Shown here: positions 8,463 through 16,040 of the stretch, piece after piece | Position numbering within the stretch: the stretch's first letter is position 1 | Layout of the letters: every line of letters starts with the position of its first letter | Translations under genes and position numbers: made by a program | Source: a virus | Lineage: Duplodnaviria > Caudoviricetes | Virus record (IMG/VR): IMGVR_UViG_3300023218_000068 | Span: 1-25,856 of that record | Reading direction: 5' to 3' (one strand) | DNA: 25,856 nucleotides | The notes under the pieces: model-generated | Told to the model about the DNA's origin: nothing | The model's database searches: none | Seen by the model: only the letters and a program-made list of their open reading frames with translations

Positions 8463-8799
8463 CGATTCGTGGCGGAATCGCGCGTTCGCCCCGGCCTCTA
8501 TCTCGACCACTAGGTCACGGTTGGCGGCCCCAAGTTCGGCCAGATACCAAGCTGGTACGCGCCAGACCTCGGGCTTCGTGGTTGATGGGGATTGGTTGTT
8601 GGGGGAGGGTGAATCCGAGTCTTGCTGAAAAATCTTCAGTGTCGAAGGGCGAAGGCCCTGGGAGACTTGATTCCTCGACACGATTGACGCCGGCCAGCCG
8701 GCCGGCCCTCCGTGCATTCGTCCGTGGGATTCACGCCGCCTGGGTGATTGGATTACCTCCGATTGTATCCTGGCGGCGCAACCGAGGGGAGGCTTTTTC

Positions 8800-9057
8800 G
8801 TGCCAAAACTAGGACCAAAATGTTCGGCGTGCGGCGGCGCGATGAAGAAATCGAGCCAATCGAGCGGAAACTGCCTGGGCATCACAATCGGCGTCATTGT
8901 CGCACTCCTCGGCATCGCCGGAGGAATTGTAACACTGCCCACAGTGATCGGCCCGATGATTGGCGCGCTCATGGTGTTAGCTGGATTACTCATGGGCGGC
9001 CGTCGGCAGAAAATCTGGAAGTGCCGGACGTGCGGAGCGTTCATCCCGAGGGCCTGA
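8800..9057 (+). CDS. Small membrane protein, CxxC-hydrophobic hairpin-CxxC (LITAF-like topology)
   Basis: CSAC ... two Gly-rich hydrophobic helices ... CRTC; RBS GGGGAGG. Confidence 0.8.
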   Translation: MPKLGPKCSACGGAMKKSSQSSGNCLGITIGVIVALLGIAGGIVTLPTVIGPMIGALMVLAGLLMGGRRQKIWKCRTCGAFIPRA

Positions 9058-9178
9058 GTTCGAGACCTTGAATCGCCACCGAAGGCGACTCCACGACCTT
9101 GATTTTGACTCTCCGCAATTCCGATTTCGAAACACCAAGACATTTCAGCTCCGACATCTGTCTTGCCGCCTCAGGGGT

Positions 9179-9231
9179 GAGGCGCAGCTGCGCCTCTTTT
9201 ACGGCTGTCAAACTGAGGCGCGCGCGCCTCA
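9179..9231. repeat. Two perfect 18-bp palindromes sharing GAGGCGC half-sites
   Basis: GAGGCGCAGCTGCGCCTC (9179-9196) and TGAGGCGCGCGCGCCTCA (9214-9231); extra half-site CGCCTCA at 9167-9173. Confidence 0.9.
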
Positions 9232-9297
9232 CTGACGCATGTACACTATACCAGTCGCAACTCTATTCCAAATCCTGACTTGCGCTCAGATTTCAGT

Positions 9298-9314
9298 TTG
9301 GCATGAAAGTTGCT
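9298..9314 (+). promoter_or_regulatory. sigma54 (RpoN) -24/-12 promoter candidate
   Basis: TTGGCATGAAAGTTGCT versus consensus YTGGCACG-N4-TTGCW; GG 9300-9301 and GC 9312-9313 correctly spaced. Confidence 0.6.
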
Positions 9315-9347
9315 TCTTAAGAGAAGATAGATCAGAACCCCCCCTAT

Positions 9348-9372
9348 AATCCCCCCCTAGGGGGATTTTTTT
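9348..9372 (+). terminator. Intrinsic terminator-like hairpin
   Basis: AATCCCCC-CCTA-GGGGGATT with T run to 9372. Confidence 0.55.
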
Positions 9373-9826
9373 GCCATCTCGACCCAAAGTCGGACGGAGA
9401 ACGCTCCCGCTCGGAGCCAGCTTTCCGGAGGGACGAGACGGAGCGGAGGGATGGGGCCTCTCCGTCCCAGAGGCAACCTTCCGGAATTTCCGGATAGTTG
9501 GCGAGAAGCAACTCTTCGGAGTTTCCGAACAGTTGACGGACGGAGAACGGAGGCCCTCGATACGCTGAGGGCTTCTGTGTGCCCGTCAGGGGCGCTCCCA
9601 GCGGGGGGACCGAGGAATCCTTGGCCGAGGGGCCAATCGCCCCACACGGGCGATCCTGGGGACTCTCAGACGGCGCACGAAAAAGGCCGCCCGGCCTCGG
9701 TCCTTGAGGCTGAGCGGCCTGACGGTCCAGAGAGGGAGAGAGTAGGGGGTTGACGGGGTGGCCTGTGACGAAGAATCGCCACCGCCTGCTCGGCAAAGAG
9801 GAGAACCGAAGGACTCTACCCTGATC
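9373..9826 (+). ncRNA. Candidate structured non-coding RNA (hairpin-dense, GGA-rich); strand tentative
   Basis: No convincing ORF; successive inverted repeats (GACGGAG..CTCCGTC, GAGGCCCTC..GAGGGCTTC, TTGGCC..GGCCAA, ATCGCCC..GGGCGAT, AGGCCGC..GCGGCCT, GGTGGC..GCCACC). Confidence 0.4.
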
Positions 9827-10297
9827 TTACGGCTGGGCCGCTTCGGTGTCTACCCCGTGCTCGGGTTTCTCTTCGTCTGGGTTCAGTCCCAAGTTCCAGG
9901 CGAAATAGTCGGGGAGCACAAAGCGGACCGGTCCGGGCGGTGAGTCACGGTTCCCGCCGCGCCAAATCTCCCAGGCTGTCATGAATTCTACCGCAGTGGG
10001 ATCGAGTTGGCAGATGGCGCGCGCCGCACGCCAATCGACCATCCTTTCTTGGACGTATTGGGCCGTCCAAAGCTTGACAGTTACGGACGGCGGTCCGGGC
10101 CTGTAGAAGTCAGTGGCGATTGTGACGAGTGTCATAACCGCATCGCGGCTCTGACGCTTGACGAGTTGTTTGATCGCGGCCCCGATCGCCTCCTCAACAA
10201 CATAAGCGCCGTCGAAGACCTCCTTGCGCCGCGGCCAAGGCGCCTGGCTCTCGCTGACAATGTGGGTGATCAGGTCTTGCGTGATTTCGACGTCCAT
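9827..10297 (-). CDS. Hypothetical protein, 156 aa
   Basis: RBS GGAGG; globular-looking composition. Confidence 0.75.
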   Translation of the reverse strand: MDVEITQDLITHIVSESQAPWPRRKEVFDGAYVVEEAIGAAIKQLVKRQSRDAVMTLVTIATDFYRPGPPSVTVKLWTAQYVQERMVDWRAARAICQLDPTAVEFMTAWEIWRGGNRDSPPGPVRFVLPDYFAWNLGLNPDEEKPEHGVDTEAAQP

Positions 10298-10299
10298 TT

Positions 10300-10788
10300 T
10301 CAGCCTCCGATTCCACCCCGCAGCCCGTCGTCTTCTCGGGGCTTTCGGGAATAGTTCCAGCCCTCGTTGAGCCGGCTGTCTACCGGCTCGCCCACGTAAC
10401 GCTTGCGTCCATCATACGCGCAGCGATCGCAGCGACCACAGTATTCCGCACCCCGAAGCGTCCGATTCGCGCACACCGGACATGCCCCGCCAACCCGTGG
10501 TCCCGGCCAAGGCCGGTGTCCGAGAAAAACGTGAACAGTGGGGTTGCGGGGCAGGCGATGCAGCGATCTCACGCTCTCTGTGTGACTTCGTGGTTCCCGC
10601 CGCTCATCGATCGGGTCGGGGCGCGAGCCTTTTAGGTCTTCCAGTTTCATGCGACGGCCATCCGGGAGCCTGGGCAAATCGCATTCGAGGATGACCTGGC
10701 TCTCACTGCTGGCTCGATCGGTGCTATCGTCCGCCGCCTGCTCCTCGATGAGGCGGTCTAGTTCGTGTTGGCGTAAAGGATAAGGCAT
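10300..10788 (-). CDS. Hypothetical protein with CxxC...CxxC zinc ribbon
   Basis: CPVC-x10-CGRCDRC; abuts the downstream gene. Confidence 0.7.
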   Translation of the reverse strand: MPYPLRQHELDRLIEEQAADDSTDRASSESQVILECDLPRLPDGRRMKLEDLKGSRPDPIDERREPRSHTESVRSLHRLPRNPTVHVFLGHRPWPGPRVGGACPVCANRTLRGAEYCGRCDRCAYDGRKRYVGEPVDSRLNEGWNYSRKPREDDGLRGGIGG

Positions 10789-10809
10789 ATGCTGATACCA
10801 AGGTTAAGA

Positions 10810-10838
10810 TTGTCCACTTTTGCCCATCGCCATATACT
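10810..10838 (+). promoter_or_regulatory. sigma70 promoter candidate for the rightward operon
   Basis: TTGTCC-17 nt-TATACT. Confidence 0.6.
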
Positions 10839-10860
10839 ATGATGCCAGGGACTTGCGTCG

Positions 10861-10875
10861 TTTTGACGGTCAAAA
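10861..10875. promoter_or_regulatory. Operator-like palindrome
   Basis: TTTTGAC-G-GTCAAAA just downstream of the predicted promoter and upstream of the HTH gene. Confidence 0.55.
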
Positions 10876-10899
10876 AATGTCCCACCCCGAGTCCAAGGT

Positions 10900-11112
10900 A
10901 TGGGGAGATACAGGCGATACTTACGGCGACTGGCGGCCCAGGAATTGTCCGAACGCGGTTGGCCGGTCGATGAGATCGCGTTGGTGCTCGGCGTAACTCC
11001 GCGCCATGTGCGGCGCATGTCCCGGCGCGTTCGGCTTGCTGAGGTCCTCGATCGGCCGGACAATGTGGCGGAGTCGCTGTCACCGTCGGACGAGCACATC
11101 AGTCTGAATTGA
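10900..11112 (+). CDS. Small HTH protein (sigma region-4 / LuxR-like HTH)
   Basis: GWPVDEIALVLGVTPRHVRRMSRR. Confidence 0.75.
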   Translation: MGRYRRYLRRLAAQELSERGWPVDEIALVLGVTPRHVRRMSRRVRLAEVLDRPDNVAESLSPSDEHISLN

Positions 11113-11121
11113 GGAGCAGCC

Positions 11122-11607
11122 ATGGCCGTTGACAGTCTCGAAGCGGGCGGGCATCAGGCGAACGCGGCGATCGAACTCGCCCAGCACGCGGCGCTGCGGT
11201 ATCAGCGACGCCATAACGCAACGCGTGTCGTGGCACCGCTTGTCGATGACCTCGCGGTCCGAATCTTGCTGTTCGCGGCCCGGAAAACGTTCGAGAAGTG
11301 CCGCGAATCCGAGCCCTTCAGTGACCCGGACCGAGCGCGTCGGAACCGGCGGCTGATCCAGCGCATGGTCGAGCCCAAGTTTTGGAACCTGCGGGCAATC
11401 TGGATGCGCACGAACCTCGAATTGGAGGTCGAGCGGGAACTGAATCGCGCCGCGATGCGAGGCGATCCGGGCTTAGTGTTATGGCGCGGTGATGAGTCGG
11501 AGAGGGAAGCGCGCGATCTTGTGCGGGCGGCCCTTGAGGTCGTGAGCGAGACATCCAACGACGATCTGGAGGCGGCGATGGGACACTTTCGCCGTGGCAA
11601 ACGATGA
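11122..11607 (+). CDS. Hypothetical protein, weak sigma70 region-2-like N-terminus
   Basis: RBS GAGGAG; LAQHAALRY...LVDDLAVRILLFAARKTF; product call is weak. Confidence 0.6.
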   Translation: MAVDSLEAGGHQANAAIELAQHAALRYQRRHNATRVVAPLVDDLAVRILLFAARKTFEKCRESEPFSDPDRARRNRRLIQRMVEPKFWNLRAIWMRTNLELEVERELNRAAMRGDPGLVLWRGDESEREARDLVRAALEVVSETSNDDLEAAMGHFRRGKR

Positions 11608-11843
11608 ACGTCAACAAGCCGAGTCGGGCTGACAAGCTGGCGATCCTGCGGCGATTCCAAGCGGAAAGCGAAGAGCCGAAAGGTGTCTACAGCCGCTCCG
11701 ACATGCTCGCGTTCCTGTCTGACGCGCTGTGGGTCTTGGAGGATTCACTGGCGTCGGGCGAGGAAACGTCGATGCTGAAGAAGCTGAGGCGCGACATCAA
11801 GGATCGCCAGACATTCGACGGTCGGCGGACCGTGCGGATTTAA
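11604..11843 (+). CDS. Hypothetical protein, 79 aa
   Basis: ATGA overlap with the upstream gene. Confidence 0.7.
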   Translation: MNVNKPSRADKLAILRRFQAESEEPKGVYSRSDMLAFLSDALWVLEDSLASGEETSMLKKLRRDIKDRQTFDGRRTVRI

Positions 11844-11848
11844 GGTCC

Positions 11849-12808
11849 TTGCCGCGTCAGCCTGGAAACAATCCGGACGCCGACCTGCTCGGGATGGCCG
11901 GCTTATCCGATCGCGCGGCGGCCCAAAGGCTGGGTGTTGCGCCATCGACGGTGAACCGGCGACGCCAGCGACTCAAGGCCAAAACCCCGGCGCACCTGGG
12001 AGCGGCGAATCGGCCACAAAGTGACCGTCGCGTCGTCTGCGAACCGACCCGGCCCAGTCGCGTGCTGTTCGTTTCGGATTTGCACGTGCCGTTCCACGAT
12101 TCCGAGGCTTGGGAATGCCTACTCGGCCTGGCTCGTGACTTCCGGCCGCAATTGGTGATCCTTGGCGGTGACCTATTCGACTGCTATTCGATCTCGGAAC
12201 ATCAGCGCGACCCCACGCGGGCGGCGCAAGTCCAAGACGAATATGACGCTGGGCGCCCGTTGTGGGGGGCGCTGAGGGATGCGGTCCGGGGCGCCAAGAC
12301 GATCGTGATCGAGGGCAATCATGAACACCGCATGAGGCGGCACCAACTGCAAAACCCCGGCCTGTTCCGCCTTCGAGCCCTCGAATTGCCGAGGGCGGCT
12401 GAAATGCCGCCCGAGTGGCACTACTACCCAAACCAAACGCGCATCAAGCTCGGCTCCGTCAGCTTTTTGCATGGCGACCTGCGCGGACGCGGCGGCGGCG
12501 CAAAACACATCGCCAAGAACTTGCTCGACAAGCTCAGGACAACGGTCGTCTTCGGACACCACCACAAGTTTCAAGACTTCTACGAGACGCACGCCGGCGG
12601 GGTCGTGCGCGCGGGTTTTGCGACCGGGCACCTCTGCCATGCGCCCGACATGGACTACGTGACAGAGCCGGACTGGCAGCAGGGCTTCCGCACCTTCGAA
12701 TTCGCATGGCCGTCGGGCGTCTTCTCCGCGCGGTCGCACCTGATCATTGACGGTCGCCTCGTTTGTGAGGGGCGGCTCTTGCCCCAGAGACGAAACCGAG
12801 CGAGATAG
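11849..12808 (+). CDS. Calcineurin-like metallophosphoesterase with N-terminal HTH
   Basis: SDLH, GDLFD, GNHE, HGD, GHHH motifs; SDRAAAQRLGVAPSTVNRRR HTH; start uncertain (TTG 11849 or ATG 11894). Confidence 0.88.
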   Translation: MPRQPGNNPDADLLGMAGLSDRAAAQRLGVAPSTVNRRRQRLKAKTPAHLGAANRPQSDRRVVCEPTRPSRVLFVSDLHVPFHDSEAWECLLGLARDFRPQLVILGGDLFDCYSISEHQRDPTRAAQVQDEYDAGRPLWGALRDAVRGAKTIVIEGNHEHRMRRHQLQNPGLFRLRALELPRAAEMPPEWHYYPNQTRIKLGSVSFLHGDLRGRGGGAKHIAKNLLDKLRTTVVFGHHHKFQDFYETHAGGVVRAGFATGHLCHAPDMDYVTEPDWQQGFRTFEFAWPSGVFSARSHLIIDGRLVCEGRLLPQRRNRAR

Positions 12809-12820
12809 GGGTCCCGATTC

Positions 12821-13288
12821 GTGCCTCTTGAATGGAAGATATTGTTTTATGTCATGATCGGTGCCGTGCTGCTGACGCTTGTGGCCGCGGCTGTTTGCGC
12901 CATCTGGCCGGAGTCCCGTTTGAGCGGCTGGGGTGATGACGAGGATGAGCACGGCGAGGCGGCCTCTGAGTTGGGGCACAAGCTTGAAATGCTGCGAATG
13001 AAGACGGCCCATAGCCGGGAGATGACCGAACTGAATCTCGATCATTCCGAGAGGCTGTCCGAGGCTGCCAATGCGCTGAACGAACTGCAGGTTTACGCCC
13101 AACTCGTGACAGCCCTGACGCCCGCGATTGGCGAGCGCGCCGAGGGTTACGATTCGGCGGACATCAGCCGCGAAAACGAGATCGTCGCCAAGGCGACGGA
13201 ATGCCTGGTCTTGGCGTGCATGGAGGCTGTCCGGCGCCGGGCGTCGGTCGCGTTTCGAGATGGGAATGAGGAGGCGGAATCATCATGA
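12821..13288 (+). CDS. Membrane-anchored helical protein
   Basis: N-terminal TM ILFYVMIGAVLLTLVAAAVCAIW; acidic helical remainder. Confidence 0.75.
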   Translation: MPLEWKILFYVMIGAVLLTLVAAAVCAIWPESRLSGWGDDEDEHGEAASELGHKLEMLRMKTAHSREMTELNLDHSERLSEAANALNELQVYAQLVTALTPAIGERAEGYDSADISRENEIVAKATECLVLACMEAVRRRASVAFRDGNEEAESS

Positions 13289-13947
13289 GTTATCGCCCCT
13301 CGCTCTGGCACCGTGTCGCTCTCTGGGTTGTCGCCTGGCTGGCGATTTATGCCGCGTATGTGGCGGTTTTTGAGCGCCCGGCTTATTCGCAAGAGCCGCT
13401 GGTCGAAATCAAAACGTCTCAGCCGGCAATCATTCGCGTCTACCAGTCGAGCGACGGCGAACTGTGGTACTTGGTCGGTCCGGCTGACTCGCGGCCACCG
13501 ATTGACGCGCCGGAGCCTCCGGACCGGCCAAGCCCGCCAGCACCGCCGGTCCCTGAGCCTGAGCCCGAGCCTGAGCCTGAGCCTGAGCCCGAGCCTGAGC
13601 CTGAGCCTGAGCCCGAGCCTGAGCCTGACGATCCGATTGAAAAGTGGGACCAACGGGTTGAGCGCGTGTTGAGCGTCGTCCCCGAGAGTGAGGAGGCCGG
13701 GCTTGTCGCCAAAATGGGGTGGGCGTGCAAGGCCGTCCACGACTCCGAGGCAAGCATGGACGGCCCGGCGACGGCCGCCATGCTGGCGAGTCACACGCTC
13801 GACGCCTTGGCGACCAACGACCGGACGTTTGCCGTAGCGGTGGGGCGCGCCGCCGACTACTTTGCGCCTATTGACAATCCGTCTGAGGCCAAAAGGGAGC
13901 TTGTGCGCTTTTGGCGAGCGCTGAACCGCTGGGAGAGCCGCCAGTGA
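13285..13947 (+). CDS. Exported or membrane-anchored protein with (Pro-Glu)12 linker
   Basis: Hydrophobic N-terminus ending PAYS-Q; RBS GAGGAGG; ATGA and GTGA overlaps. Confidence 0.8.
   Translation: MSYRPSLWHRVALWVVAWLAIYAAYVAVFERPAYSQEPLVEIKTSQPAIIRVYQSSDGELWYLVGPADSRPPIDAPEPPDRPSPPAPPVPEPEPEPEPEPEPEPEPEPEPEPEPDDPIEKWDQRVERVLSVVPESEEAGLVAKMGWACKAVHDSEASMDGPATAAMLASHTLDALATNDRTFAVAVGRAADYFAPIDNPSEAKRELVRFWRALNRWESRQ
13552..13623 (+). repeat. Hexamer tandem repeat CCYGAG x12
   Basis: CCTGAG units with CCCGAG at units 3, 7 and 11 (24-bp higher-order period). Confidence 0.95.
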
Positions 13948-14885
13948 TTGAGGCCAAGCCGCCGCGATTGAGGGCTCCGTTCGAATACTACGGCGGCAAG
14001 GGCCACATGATCGCGAAGATCGTGCCCCTTATACCGGACGGCAAGGTCTATGTCGAGCCCTACTGTGGCGCGGCGTCCGTCTTCTTCAATAAGCCGACCC
14101 ACTCCGTGGAGGTCCTCAATGATCTGAACGGCGATATCGTCAACCTCTTCCGCGTCCTGCAGGACCGGGAGTCGTTCGGGGAATTGCGGCACAGGGTGAT
14201 GTACACGCTCTACGCCAGAGCGGAATTCGCGCGGGCGTTCGAGACGCTTGCCGAACCGATGCCGGAACCGCCGAATGTCGATCGCGCGTGGGCGTGGTTC
14301 GTCGCGCAGAATCAGGGGTTCAGCGGCGAAGCAAGATCGGTCGGACAATGGAGCCAAGTGTTCATTTCTAGCGGCGGAGTGGCCAAAAACGTCAATTCCT
14401 GGCTGATGCGGCAGTCTTTATTGGACGCCTGGCGGCACCGGTTGATGACCACGCAGATCGACAACCGTGACGCCCTGGAAGTCATCCGTTATTGGGACAG
14501 CCCGGAGACTGTCTTCTACTGCGATCCGCCCTACGTGCTAGACACGCGAGCGAAGGGAAGCCGCGCGAAGTATAAGCACGAATGCCAAAACGACCATCAT
14601 GCATCTTTAGTTGACGCGCTTCTGGGCTTGAAGGGAAAGGCTGTTGTGAGTGGCTACGATCACGCGATCTACGAACCGTTGGCGGCGGCGGGGTGGGAAT
14701 GCAAGAGATTTTCTACCGCTTGTCACGCCCCCAACAGAGGGAGGGGCTCTAAAGTTCGCGGCCCAGGTAACGGCATGAAGTACTGCCCCCGCACGGAATG
14801 CGTTTGGGTTTCGCCAGATGCGGAAAGCGAGCCATTGTCAATTCACTCCGCCAATGGAAAGGCTGCCAAAAATGGGAAAGCCTGA
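13944..14885 (+). CDS. D12-class (Dam-like) N6-adenine DNA methyltransferase
   Basis: YYGGKG, YVEPYCGAASV, NDLNGDIVN, FYCDPPY; GTG 13944 overlaps the upstream stop. Confidence 0.92.
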   Translation: MIEAKPPRLRAPFEYYGGKGHMIAKIVPLIPDGKVYVEPYCGAASVFFNKPTHSVEVLNDLNGDIVNLFRVLQDRESFGELRHRVMYTLYARAEFARAFETLAEPMPEPPNVDRAWAWFVAQNQGFSGEARSVGQWSQVFISSGGVAKNVNSWLMRQSLLDAWRHRLMTTQIDNRDALEVIRYWDSPETVFYCDPPYVLDTRAKGSRAKYKHECQNDHHASLVDALLGLKGKAVVSGYDHAIYEPLAAAGWECKRFSTACHAPNRGRGSKVRGPGNGMKYCPRTECVWVSPDAESEPLSIHSANGKAAKNGKA

Positions 14886-15066
14886 GTGGCTGCTGACCAG
14901 CCTGGCATTCATCATCTTGCCAGTCATGATCTTGTTCGATTCGATTGAGCGCACGTGGTGGTACTTCGGCGAACCGAGCCTGTTCTTTTTCATAATGTTC
15001 CTGGCATTGTCCGCCGCGCCTCTTGTCGGTGTCTACTGCTTAACGCGAGTGTTTAGCCGTGGCTGA
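14872..15066 (+). CDS. Small two-TM membrane protein
   Basis: Start ATG 14872 behind AAAGG; two hydrophobic segments. Confidence 0.65.
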   Translation: MGKPEWLLTSLAFIILPVMILFDSIERTWWYFGEPSLFFFIMFLALSAAPLVGVYCLTRVFSRG

Positions 15067-16039
15067 TTCACCTGAACGAAAACTTCTCGCCGAAACGTAC
15101 AAGGCGCTTGAGTCGCGTGGCTATGGCGCGATGCTTAATTCGCGCTGGCTGCCCAAGACTTGGACCTCCATGCGCCCGGCGATCGAGGCCTATGTGAGGT
15201 TCAATGAACTGGAGCCAGGCCAGCCGCTTGAAGCGCTGTTTGCGAACCTGAGTCGCCCATGTTGCGCCCGGCCGGACATCGATTATAACCGCGACGGCTT
15301 GCCCGTCGAAAGCGAGAAGGTCAAGCCCGACAAGCGGATCATCGAGGCGGCGATCGAAGACAGGATCGACGTGCTTGAGCGTGGCGTCACGTTCTGGACT
15401 CATGAGCCGATTCGCGTGCATTGGGCGTTCGACAAAATCCCGGATAGCAATGATTCCTTCCAGCGCACGCGCACTGTCGAACAGATTTGGGATCGTCTAG
15501 TCCATATCGCGCACAACCTTTGCGGCGTGCGATTCGTCCGGGTTCAGTCGCCGAGCGAGGCGAACCTAACCGGCTCAAGTCGATGGCTTGGCCCTGGCGT
15601 GCTGGGGTTGGCCCAAGTTGCTCAGCGTGGCATGGCGCCGGATGCTCGGCTCTGGCACCGCCTCAATCCATCCTTTGACCTCTCGGTCCTCCTCCTCTTA
15701 TCGACATGGATCCATGAGATATGGCATAGCCTCGGGTGTCCGCACTTGCGCGGCGGCGTAAATTTCATGAACCCCAGCCATATGCCTCAATTGCGCGTAC
15801 CCGGCCCGAAGGATCGGGAGTGGTCGCAGCGGCATTATCCGCAGAAGACTAACTTCACGCCAAGCACCGACTTGGCGTTTGTAGGCTGGGAGCCGGGGGG
15901 CGGAGATCAGCCTGATCCCACGCCCGATCCCGAGCCTCCACCGCCACCTAGCCCTGAACCACCCGACGGCCGGGAGGCGACAATCGCCATCACGGAAAAC
16001 GGGCAAACCCGAATTTATCGCGGCGTAAGGGTGAACTGA
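15059..16039 (+). CDS. Matrixin-like (M10) zinc metalloprotease with MMP-type propeptide
   Basis: HEIWHSLGCPH (HExxHxxGxxH), Met-turn FMNP, cysteine-switch-like PCCARPD, GPGVLGLA. Confidence 0.85.
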   Translation: MADSPERKLLAETYKALESRGYGAMLNSRWLPKTWTSMRPAIEAYVRFNELEPGQPLEALFANLSRPCCARPDIDYNRDGLPVESEKVKPDKRIIEAAIEDRIDVLERGVTFWTHEPIRVHWAFDKIPDSNDSFQRTRTVEQIWDRLVHIAHNLCGVRFVRVQSPSEANLTGSSRWLGPGVLGLAQVAQRGMAPDARLWHRLNPSFDLSVLLLLSTWIHEIWHSLGCPHLRGGVNFMNPSHMPQLRVPGPKDREWSQRHYPQKTNFTPSTDLAFVGWEPGGGDQPDPTPDPEPPPPPSPEPPDGREATIAITENGQTRIYRGVRVN

Positions 16040-16040
16040 A

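Noticed and set aside
8433-9143. 236-aa minus-strand ORF
   Set aside because: Mostly antisense to the better-supported 8800-9057 gene; a shorter version from GTG 8681 is possible but lacks a well-placed RBS or any motif
9345-9350. Perfect TATAAT
   Set aside because: No -35 or extended -10 element; embedded between C runs
9391-9549. Possible mini-CRISPR array
   Set aside because: Only two copies of each repeat, no regular spacers, no cas genes
9451-9753. 100-aa plus ORF (and 9344-9796 minus ORF) in the structured region
   Set aside because: Pro/Gly/Arg-rich, no motif, runs through dense inverted repeats; GGAG upstream of 9451 means it is not fully excluded
12173-13102. Long antisense ORFs (also 20571-21614, 21422-22153, 13147-13794)
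   Set aside because: Shadows of well-supported plus-strand genes in high-GC DNA
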